A DNA stretch of 64,000 nucleotides from Zetaproteobacteria bacterium (lineage in GTDB: Bacteria > Pseudomonadota > Zetaproteobacteria > Mariprofundales > Mariprofundaceae), in assembly GCA_021545585.1 (NCBI GenBank), contig JAJRTF010000109.1:2524-66523 (forward strand). Direction: 5' to 3'. The position numbers and the translations under genes were made by a program. Below, in pieces: positions 46,731 to 54,082 of this stretch (position 1 is the stretch's first letter; the number at the start of each line of letters is the position of its first letter). The notes under the pieces are model-generated. The model worked only from the letters and a program-made list of their open reading frames with translations, ran no database searches and was not told where the DNA came from.

Positions 46731-46949
46731 ATGGTGAAAGAAGTGCGGTTAAAAGTTGAAGATATGAAATGTGCAGGCTGTGAAGCCACGATTCGCAAGC
46801 GGCTGCTGACCCTGAAGGGTGTTTACGATGCCAGAGCAAATTTCAAGACCGGCGATGTGTTGTTGAATGTTAATTCAAGCTTCCAGATATCAAGGGCAGA
46901 TGAGGCTATTCGGACGCTGGGTTATACACCCGGAACCCCGGCGGACTGA
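46731..46949 (+). CDS. small cytoplasmic heavy-metal-associated (HMA) protein, CopZ-like
   Basis: 72 aa with no signal peptide and the MKCAGCEATI (MxCxxC) motif in a beta-alpha-beta-beta-alpha-beta pattern. Confidence 0.8.
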   Translation: MVKEVRLKVEDMKCAGCEATIRKRLLTLKGVYDARANFKTGDVLLNVNSSFQISRADEAIRTLGYTPGTPAD

Positions 46950-47009
46950 GTCGATATCACCTCTTGATTGACAGGAATACCGGCCGGGGCCGGGCCGAAA
47001 GGAGATGAT

Positions 47010-47477
47010 ATGAGAAAATATATTGTATGGCTGGGTGTGTTGTTCATGCTCGGGGCATGCGCAACGTTACCGGAAGGCCAGAAAAGTGAACGGCAACATG
47101 GTGCGGGCGACATTCAGGGTATGGATCATAAATCATCCTTTTTCGTAGCACGGAAGGGTGTAGCGGATGGTTATGTTTTTATCTTCCATGTTATGCCCAG
47201 TCCCGAAGGGGAGAGTTATAGCCGTACCTTTTATCATCTCATGGTCAGCGTTGAAAAAAATGGCCAGCCCATGGTGCATTTGAAACTGTATTCGGCCGTG
47301 GAGCATCCGGATGGAAGTATGGAGAAGAAAGCACTCATGATGCAGATGGGTAACTGGTATATGGCACGCTATAACCTTAGCCATGAACAGGGGCGACATT
47401 GGATTACGGTGTCATTTGATCTGGATGGAAATCACTATCCGTCCGGCATTTATTACCCGGAATGGATCGTTCGGTGA
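47010..47477 (+). CDS. periplasmic lipoprotein of unknown family (paralog B of 45701..46195)
   Basis: It has the lipobox LGAC. The core DGYVFIFHVM.SPEG...YHLMVSVEKNGQPM...MGNWYMARY...GIYYPE aligns by eye with paralog A. The ATG at 47010 follows AAAGGAG. Confidence 0.6.
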   Translation: MRKYIVWLGVLFMLGACATLPEGQKSERQHGAGDIQGMDHKSSFFVARKGVADGYVFIFHVMPSPEGESYSRTFYHLMVSVEKNGQPMVHLKLYSAVEHPDGSMEKKALMMQMGNWYMARYNLSHEQGRHWITVSFDLDGNHYPSGIYYPEWIVR

Positions 47478-47603
47478 GCAGGGCTTCGATCTGCCGCTTC
47501 CTGGCCTGCATATCTGTGCTGAAAGACATGATCAATTCGGCGACTGCACTCAGGCTCGGGGCGGATGCCCAGAGGCCTTGCCTGACGCGAAAGGAGGTTA
47601 ACC

Positions 47604-48107
47604 GTGGATGCAATGCATATAGAGGATGATGCCTGCCCGGTATGCGGGATGGATGCAGGGGGTTCGACAATTTGCGCGGAACATCTGAGTATTGAATATC
47701 ATTTTTGCACGGCACAGTGCAGGGAGAATTTCCTGGCCAGACCAAAGCTGTATACAGCCGGCCAGTCAGCCGGGGGCTCCGGCCGAAAGGTAGTCAAGCG
47801 CAGGTCTTTTACACTGGACTCTCCGGTTGATCTGGTACACCGGGAGCATCTGATCGGGGTGCTTGAACTGTTGATGGGCATTCAGCATGTGAACATTGAT
47901 CAGCGTAAGATATCGATTGATTATAATTTAATCGAGATCACAGCCAGCCAGATTGAACAGGCTCTGGAAAATGCCGGTGCGACGCTGGGTTCGGGTTGGT
48001 CTGAGCGCTTGAAACGGGGCTGGGTACATTACACCGAAGAAAATGAACTGGATCATCTGGCTGCCGGTGAGGCCGCATGTTGCAATAAACCGCCGGCAAA
48101 AGGATAA
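47604..48107 (+). CDS. YHS/TRASH domain fused to a degenerate HMA-like domain and a C-terminal CC tail
   Basis: It carries CPVCGM...YHFCTAQCRENF (YHS/TRASH). A ferredoxin-like segment (FTLDSPVDLVHREHLIGVLELLMGIQHVNID...ISIDYN...IEQALENAGA) follows, lacking the CxxC. The protein ends AACCNKPP. The GTG start follows AGGAGG. Confidence 0.6.
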   Translation: MDAMHIEDDACPVCGMDAGGSTICAEHLSIEYHFCTAQCRENFLARPKLYTAGQSAGGSGRKVVKRRSFTLDSPVDLVHREHLIGVLELLMGIQHVNIDQRKISIDYNLIEITASQIEQALENAGATLGSGWSERLKRGWVHYTEENELDHLAAGEAACCNKPPAKG

Positions 48108-48112
48108 GGTGA

Positions 48113-48811
48113 ATGACTGAAAACATAACAGAACAGGCCTCCTACCATCCTGTAACCCGCTGGTTGCATGCCGGGCTGGTGCTGGGGGTGCTCTTTCAGC
48201 TGTTCTGTGCTGCCATGATGGCTCATCCGGAGCATAAGGATGGAGGCCATGGCGGTTCGCTGCTCCTGCAGCAGGAAGCGGTTGCGGCCGAACTCCACCA
48301 TGCGGCGCATGAAGAGGATGTGTCGGGAGAGTTGTTCATGACAGCGCACCGGACAGGTGGTCTGCTGGTGGTGTTCATTGTGCTGGCAAATTTACTGTGG
48401 GCAGTCGTAGCCAGAGGCAATCCCCGTAAACGCCAGATTGCGGTGCTGTTTTCCGCCCTCCACTGGCGAGAGGCATGGGTCGTTGCCAAACAGCTTGCAC
48501 TGATACCGGTGGGGAAAGGCTCCTTTCCCGAACCGGGAAATGCGCTTTCACTTATTGTTGAAATGTTCGGTTTACTGACGATGACGGCCATGGCGATTAG
48601 CGGCTCTATTGTCTGGAACATGTGGGGAGGCCCGGGCAGCACGGTTTCCGGACAAGCTGAGGCATGGATGGGCATTCATGCGGGCATAGCTATATTGCTG
48701 TTTATGTATCTGGCCGGACATATTTCCATGGCATTGTTGCATATGCGGGCAGGCGACCGGGTTTTCGCCCGGATTGTCCCCGCTGTTTCGAGCAAAAAGA
48801 TGAGAATCTGA
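48113..48811 (+). CDS. cytochrome b561-family membrane protein (Ni_hydr_CYTB-like, 4 TM) with a His-rich loop
   Basis: Candidate heme His residues in TM1 (RWLHAG), TM2 (TAHRTGG) and TM4 (HAGIA...GHISMALLH). The TM1-TM2 loop is HPEHKDGGHGG...HHAAHEED. Confidence 0.6.
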   Translation: MTENITEQASYHPVTRWLHAGLVLGVLFQLFCAAMMAHPEHKDGGHGGSLLLQQEAVAAELHHAAHEEDVSGELFMTAHRTGGLLVVFIVLANLLWAVVARGNPRKRQIAVLFSALHWREAWVVAKQLALIPVGKGSFPEPGNALSLIVEMFGLLTMTAMAISGSIVWNMWGGPGSTVSGQAEAWMGIHAGIAILLFMYLAGHISMALLHMRAGDRVFARIVPAVSSKKMRI

Positions 48812-48869
48812 AAAGGACGTTGGCATGGTGAACGGGTTTGCGAATGCATATTTTGACCACGCCTTCTGA

Positions 48870-48905
48870 ACACAAGGCTGAAATAGGTGCTCGTCAGCCT
48901 TGTGT
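48870..48905 (+). other. 12-bp perfect-stem hairpin between the cytochrome b561 gene and the His-rich gene
   Basis: ACACAAGGCTGA-12 nt loop-TCAGCCTTGTGT with no U-tract. It could be an attenuator, a processing site or an RNA-stability element. Confidence 0.4.
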
Positions 48906-48944
48906 GATGGTTGAGCACATGAAATGAAGATAAGGGAGTCCGAT

Positions 48945-49271
48945 ATGAAAAAAACAGGTGCGATGGGTCTGTTGGCAGGAATCATGCTGGTGTCGATACC
49001 GGTTGTTTATGCAGAGCATAGCATGTCCGATACTCAACATCGTAAAGCGATGAGCGGTCTGCATCATCCCGAGCATGCCGATGATATGAAACATTCGGAT
49101 GGCAAGGCAACAATGTCCGATGCACAGCATCGCAAGACAATGGGTGGCATGCATCATCCGGATCGTGAGGATGAAGGCATGAAAGACAGCCATGAAGAAA
49201 AGAAGGAATCGACCATGTCTGACAGCCAGCATCGTAAGAGCATGGGTGGATTGCATCACCCCAAGGACTAG
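48945..49271 (+). CDS. secreted His-rich triple-repeat protein
   Basis: A signal peptide (VVYA/EH) is followed by three copies of MSDxQHRKxMxGxHHP, separated by acidic/His linkers. The ATG at 48945 follows AAGGGAG. Confidence 0.6.
   Translation: MKKTGAMGLLAGIMLVSIPVVYAEHSMSDTQHRKAMSGLHHPEHADDMKHSDGKATMSDAQHRKTMGGMHHPDREDEGMKDSHEEKKESTMSDSQHRKSMGGLHHPKD
49023..49262 (+). repeat. three in-frame degenerate repeats encoding MSD(T/A/S)QHRK(A/T/S)M(S/G)G(L/M)HHP
   Basis: The repeat units start at codons 27, 57 and 91 of the ORF; read directly from the sequence. Confidence 0.85.
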
Positions 49272-49370
49272 GCTAAAGCGCCCCTGACGAACCATGGCAA
49301 GCGCTGTCAGGGGCGTTCAGGCATGCCGATTTGAAAAAAGACAGGGCAGTGTTCAGCCAAGGAGACAAGT

Positions 49371-51938
49371 ATGAGTATCGATCCGGTTTGTGGAATGACA
49401 GTCAAGGCTGAGAGCGAACATGCACGATCCTTCCGCGGTGTGGATTATCATTTTTGCAGTGAACGCTGCTTAGAAAAATTCGGAGAAAATCCGGAAGATT
49501 ATCTGGGTGAGGATTGCACCCATGATCCGGTCTGCGGCATGAAGGTGTCTCGCGCCTCGGCCAATCATGTACGCCATGCCGATCACGACTATTTTTTCTG
49601 TTCGCAACATTGTGTGGAGAAATTCACCACCGATCCGGCATCTTTCGAGGGCAAGGATCAGATATGCGAGCATGGGCATCATGTGAAAAAGGTATCCGTG
49701 CCGGACAATCCCGATGCGACCTATTTCTGCCCGATGTGCCCCGGACAGGAGCAGCAGGGGCCGGGCACATGCAAGGTCTGTGGCATGGCACTGGAGCCCA
49801 TGGCGACACCGACACTGGCGCAGAAGACCGAATATGTCTGTCCGATGCATCCTGAGGTGGTCAGTGATGAGCCGGGCAGTTGTCCGAAATGCGGCATGGC
49901 GCTGGAAGCGCGCACTGTCGATGCAGACGAAGAAAACCCTGAACTGGAGGATATGAGTCGCCGTCTCAAGGTGGGTACTGTACTCGCAGCCCCCGTATTT
50001 GTGCTGGCCATGGTGGCTGATCTGGCACCATCGTGGCTGCCATCCGGCTTGAGCATGGGCATGGTACAGTGGATTGAATTCGTGTTGGCGACACCGGTGA
50101 TTCTGTGGGGTGGCTGGCCGTTTTTCGAACGTTTCTGGTTATCCGTTACAACATGGAATCTGAATATGTTTACCCTGGTCGGTCTCGGTGTCGGTGTGGC
50201 GTGGGTGTACAGCGTCGTGGCCCTGCTTGTTCCCGGTGTTTTCCCGCCTGTGATGCAGATGGACGGTGGGCTGGTGGATGTTTATTTCGAGGCTGGAGCC
50301 GTGATTACTGCACTCGTTCTGCTCGGTCAGGTACTGGAGTTGCGCGCCCGCTCCCGCACCAATGAAGCGATCAAACTGTTGCTTGGCATGGCTCCGAAAA
50401 CAGCACGGCGCGTGGCGGCGGATGGTTCGGAGGCCGATGTGCCGCTGGAGGATGTGCTTGCCGGTGATGTGCTGCGTATTCGACCGGGCGAGAAAGTGCC
50501 GGTGGACGGTGTAGTGACGGAAGGTGAGAGCAATGTCGATGAATCCATGGTCACCGGTGAACCTGTGCCGGTTGAAAAAATGGCCGGGGAGAAACTGATC
50601 GGTGCAACGGTGAACGGTAATGGTTCGTTGTTGATGCGCGCCGAGAAGGTGGGGGCCGACACCTTGCTGGCGCAGATTGTGAATATGGTGGCAGAGGCTC
50701 AGCGCTCGCGTGCACCGATTCAGAAAATGGCCGATACCGTGGCCGGTTATTTTGTACCGGTTGTGGTTGGTATTGCTGTCGCGGCGTTTGCGGTATGGAT
50801 GTTGATCGGGCCGGAACCGCGTCTGGCGCATGCCATTGTCAATGCGGTGGCGGTATTGATTATCGCCTGCCCCTGCGCTTTGGGGCTGGCTACACCGATA
50901 TCCATTATGGTGGGAACAGGTCGCGGTGCGACGGCCGGTGTGCTGATCAAAAATGCTGAGGCGCTGGAGGTGATGGAGAAGGTCAATACCGTTGTGGTGG
51001 ATAAAACCGGCACCCTGACCAAAGGCAAGCCGACGTTGACCACAGTGCTGGTAATGCATGGCATGGAAGAAAACCAGGTACTGCGTATGGCGGCCAGTCT
51101 GGAGCGCGCTAGTGAGCATCCGCTGGCTGAAGCGATTGTTGCCGGTGCCGCAGCACGGGATATCGAGCCTGAACCGGTGGAAGGGTTTGCCGCGATTACC
51201 GGTAAAGGTGTCAGTGCCCGTTTCGGCGGTAAATCGGTATTGCTGGGCAACCTGAAACTGTTGCAGGACAATGGCATTGATGCCGAAGATGTGACTCCGG
51301 TGGTTGAGGAACATCAGTTGGATGGAGAAACGGTGATGTATCTGGCTGCCGACGGGAAACTTGCCGGTCTGATCGGCGTATCCGACCCGATCAAGGCATC
51401 CACGCCCGATGCAATCCGGGAACTGCGTGATGAAGGCATCGACGTGGTGATGCTGACCGGCGATAACCATAACACGGCGGCTGCTGTGGCCGAGAAGCTG
51501 GGTATCGACCGTTTTGAGGCGGATGTATTGCCGGATCAGAAGGCGGCCGTGGTGAAAGCCTTGCAGGCGGAAGGGAAGACCGTGGCCATGGCCGGCGATG
51601 GTATCAATGATGCGCCGGCGCTGGCGCAGGCTCATGTCGGCATTGCCATGGGGACGGGTACGGATGTGGCGATGGAATCGGCCGGGGTGACGCTGATCAA
51701 GGGTGAACTGACCGGTATTGTGCGGGCTCGCAGACTTTCGCGGGCGACGATGAAAAATATCCGCCAGAATCTTTTCTTTGCCTTTATCTACAACTCGGCC
51801 GGTGTGCCGGTTGCGGCCGGGGTACTGTATCCGGTGTTTGGTTTATTGCTTTCACCGATTATTGCCGCTGCCGCGATGAGTTTTTCATCGGTTTCGGTGA
51901 TTACCAATGCGCTCAGACTGCGCCATGCGAAGCTTTGA
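49371..51938 (+). CDS. copA: Cu(I)/Ag(I)-translocating P1B-type ATPase
   Basis: CPC ([12 protein letters not shown]), [18 protein letters not shown]. The N-terminus has 2 YHS/TRASH units and 2 CxxC...CxxC units instead of HMA domains. Confidence 0.92.
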   Translation: MSIDPVCGMTVKAESEHARSFRGVDYHFCSERCLEKFGENPEDYLGEDCTHDPVCGMKVSRASANHVRHADHDYFFCSQHCVEKFTTDPASFEGKDQICEHGHHVKKVSVPDNPDATYFCPMCPGQEQQGPGTCKVCGMALEPMATPTLAQKTEYVCPMHPEVVSDEPGSCPKCGMALEARTVDADEENPELEDMSRRLKVGTVLAAPVFVLAMVADLAPSWLPSGLSMGMVQWIEFVLATPVILWGGWPFFERFWLSVTTWNLNMFTLVGLGVGVAWVYSVVALLVPGVFPPVMQMDGGLVDVYFEAGAVITALVLLGQVLELRARSRTNEAIKLLLGMAPKTARRVAADGSEADVPLEDVLAGDVLRIRPGEKVPVDGVVTEGESNVDESMVTGEPVPVEKMAGEKLIGATVNGNGSLLMRAEKVGADTLLAQIVNMVAEAQRSRAPIQKMADTVAGYFVPVVVGIAVAAFAVWMLIGPEPRLAHAIVNAVAVLIIACPCALGLATPISIMVGTGRGATAGVLIKNAEALEVMEKVNTVVVDKTGTLTKGKPTLTTVLVMHGMEENQVLRMAASLERASEHPLAEAIVAGAAARDIEPEPVEGFAAITGKGVSARFGGKSVLLGNLKLLQDNGIDAEDVTPVVEEHQLDGETVMYLAADGKLAGLIGVSDPIKASTPDAIRELRDEGIDVVMLTGDNHNTAAAVAEKLGIDRFEADVLPDQKAAVVKALQAEGKTVAMAGDGINDAPALAQAHVGIAMGTGTDVAMESAGVTLIKGELTGIVRARRLSRATMKNIRQNLFFAFIYNSAGVPVAAGVLYPVFGLLLSPIIAAAAMSFSSVSVITNALRLRHAKL

Positions 51939-51970
51939 ACAGTACATGATGGTTAAAAGGAGAATATTGA

Positions 51971-52735
51971 ATGATTGAAGTAACGCTGGCAGGTGCACTG
52001 ATTGCAGGACTGCTTTCTTTTCTATCACCATGCGTGTTGCCACTGGTGCCTGCCTACCTGTCGTATATTTCCGGCGTGTCGGTCAATGAGTTGCGACAGC
52101 AGGATGAACGGACGGCAGTGGTGCGGCGACATGCACTGGTTCAGGCGCTGTGGTTTGTGGCGGGGTTTAGCCTGATCTTTATTGCATTGGGGGCATCAGC
52201 CACACTGCTCGGGCAATGGATGATGGGGCATATGGAATTGCTTGGTAAAATTGCCGGAGCGATTATTGTGGTGTTCGGGTTGCACTATACCGGATTGATT
52301 CGCATCCCCCTGCTGATGATGGAAGCGCGATTCGATGCGGGCGGTGTCAATGCCAAACATGGTATGGGAGCCTTGATTCTTGGATCGGCTTTTGCGTTCG
52401 GCTGGACACCGTGCATCGGCCCGATTCTCGGCGCCATTCTGGCTGTTGCCGGCGTTCAGAGTGAAATGATGCACGGCATTATGTTGCTGCTTGTGTATTC
52501 CATGGGGCTGGCGATTCCCTTCCTGCTGGCAGCACTGGCAACAGATTCGTTCCTGCGCTGGTCACAGGATTTCAAGCGGCATTTGGCGGTGGTGGAAAAG
52601 GTGTCCGGTGTGTTGCTGATTCTGGTCGGCATACTTATTTTTCTGGGCAGTTTTAACATCGTTTCCGGATGGCTGATTGACTGGTTTCCGGCTCTCGCTG
52701 ATATCGAAGGCGCTTTTGCAGGGCTGGCGCAATAA
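51971..52735 (+). CDS. ccdA: CcdA/DsbD-family thiol-disulfide transmembrane electron transporter
   Basis: About 6 TM helices, with the conserved FLSPCVLPLVPAYLSY motif and a second Cys in WTPCIGPILG. Confidence 0.8.
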   Translation: MIEVTLAGALIAGLLSFLSPCVLPLVPAYLSYISGVSVNELRQQDERTAVVRRHALVQALWFVAGFSLIFIALGASATLLGQWMMGHMELLGKIAGAIIVVFGLHYTGLIRIPLLMMEARFDAGGVNAKHGMGALILGSAFAFGWTPCIGPILGAILAVAGVQSEMMHGIMLLLVYSMGLAIPFLLAALATDSFLRWSQDFKRHLAVVEKVSGVLLILVGILIFLGSFNIVSGWLIDWFPALADIEGAFAGLAQ

Positions 52736-52864
52736 TCTGCCCGGTAGGAGGAGCAAGTTCAGTGACAGAAGCTGTCTTTCACAAGAGAGCCGGACAATCC
52801 ACTTATATGGATGGCTATCCACGCTCACTGCCTGCCCTGTTATGGGTGCTCTGGAGGACGTTGG

Positions 52865-53764
52865 ATGATGTTTGCATGGGTCATTGTGTTTGCTGCCGGA
52901 CTGTTCGCATGTTCGGGTACTGCCAATGCCGGGCCGATTACCTTTAACAGTGCCCTGCCTGTTTCTGAAGGCGTGGGTATTTTTCGCAGTCAGATCAGGC
53001 TGATGCGGAAATCAGGAGATTCTGCGCCTATGAACCGGGATCTGGCTGTCACCGCCGTGCCGCTGGTGCTGGCCTACGGTGCCAGTCCCAGACTGGCCCT
53101 GTTCGGCGTGCTTCCGTATGTCGAAAAGCGTCTGCATATAACTGTGAACGGAGCGCGGGTCCGGCGTGAGGCCCGAGGCATCGGTGACGCTTCATTCTTT
53201 GGTCGCTATACCATGATCCAGATAGACCGTCCCGGCGACACACTCCGTATCGCACCGTTTGCCGGTCTGAAAATTCCGACAGGGGCACATGATAAACGCG
53301 ATGCCTTTGGAGTGTTACCGCGCACACTGCAGCCCGGCTCCGGATCATGGGATCCGTTTGCAGGGCTGACCATCACCCGCCAAACCCTGGATTGGGAGTT
53401 TGATGCAGCGGTCAGGTACCAACTTAACACCGGAGCATCGGGATTTGCTTTTGGCGATCAGGCAAGAGCAGATGTCTCATTTCAATATCGGATCTTTCCG
53501 CGCACGCTGAAAAGTGGTGGCGTGCCTGCCTTTACCTATGCTGTTCTGGAAGCCAGTCTGATCTGGAATGGCAAGAATAAAGCGGCAGGAGCGACAGATA
53601 TGAATAGCGGCGGAATGATATGGCATCTGGCGCCTGGGCTGCAATATGTGACGAGTCGCTATGTGCTGGAAACTGCTGTCCAGATACCGGTCATACAACG
53701 GCTGAACGGTTCAGCCCTGAAAACAGACTGGGTGTGGACGGCGGGGTTTCGTCGGAACTTTTAA
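52865..53764 (+). CDS. outer-membrane beta-barrel protein (Phenol_MetA_deg/transporter-like)
   Basis: It has a signal peptide (GTANA/GP), alternating amphipathic strands, a GIGD motif and a C-terminal FRRNF ending in Phe. I prefer the ATG at 52865. Confidence 0.55.
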   Translation: MMFAWVIVFAAGLFACSGTANAGPITFNSALPVSEGVGIFRSQIRLMRKSGDSAPMNRDLAVTAVPLVLAYGASPRLALFGVLPYVEKRLHITVNGARVRREARGIGDASFFGRYTMIQIDRPGDTLRIAPFAGLKIPTGAHDKRDAFGVLPRTLQPGSGSWDPFAGLTITRQTLDWEFDAAVRYQLNTGASGFAFGDQARADVSFQYRIFPRTLKSGGVPAFTYAVLEASLIWNGKNKAAGATDMNSGGMIWHLAPGLQYVTSRYVLETAVQIPVIQRLNGSALKTDWVWTAGFRRNF

Positions 53765-53776
53765 GGAGCGTTTAAC

Positions 53777-54082
53777 ATGCATATATTACCGGGGTTGTTC
53801 ATGCTTGCATGGTTGTCAGTCGTTCCTGTGGGCCTGGCATGTGCGGAAGCTGCTACAGAACACACAGCCACTATTGCCGTGGATGGCCTGTCCTGCCCGT
53901 TTTGTGCATACGGCCTTGAAAAGAACCTGAAAAAGCTGAAGGGAATAGAAACAGTCGATATCAATATGAAGACTGGCAAGGTAACGGTAATGATAAGGCC
54001 AGATGCGGATGTTGATGATCGGGCACTGCGTCAGGCGGTGAGAAAAGCGGGTTTCACTGCACGGGATATTACGCGCCGGTGA
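53777..54082 (+). CDS. periplasmic HMA-domain metal-binding protein (MerP/CopZ-like with signal peptide)
   Basis: It has a signal peptide (GLACA/EA) and an HMA fold with a CPFC metal site (VDGLSCPFCAYGLEKNL). Confidence 0.75.
   Translation: MHILPGLFMLAWLSVVPVGLACAEAATEHTATIAVDGLSCPFCAYGLEKNLKKLKGIETVDINMKTGKVTVMIRPDADVDDRALRQAVRKAGFTARDITRR

Noticed and set aside
47404-47745. A 113-aa minus-strand ORF spans the gap between paralog B and the YHS gene.
   Set aside because: It overlaps both flanking + strand genes, has no motif or RBS, and its composition is typical of an antisense frame.
51971-54082. A mercury-resistance (mer) operon reading: a periplasmic HMA protein as MerP and the membrane Cys protein as MerT/MerC.
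   Set aside because: - There is no merA (FAD disulfide reductase), merR or merB in the window.
- The membrane protein has the CcdA/DsbD 6-TM motif pattern, not the MerT CC pair.
- The HMA site is CPFC, not the MerP-type GMTCxxC context.
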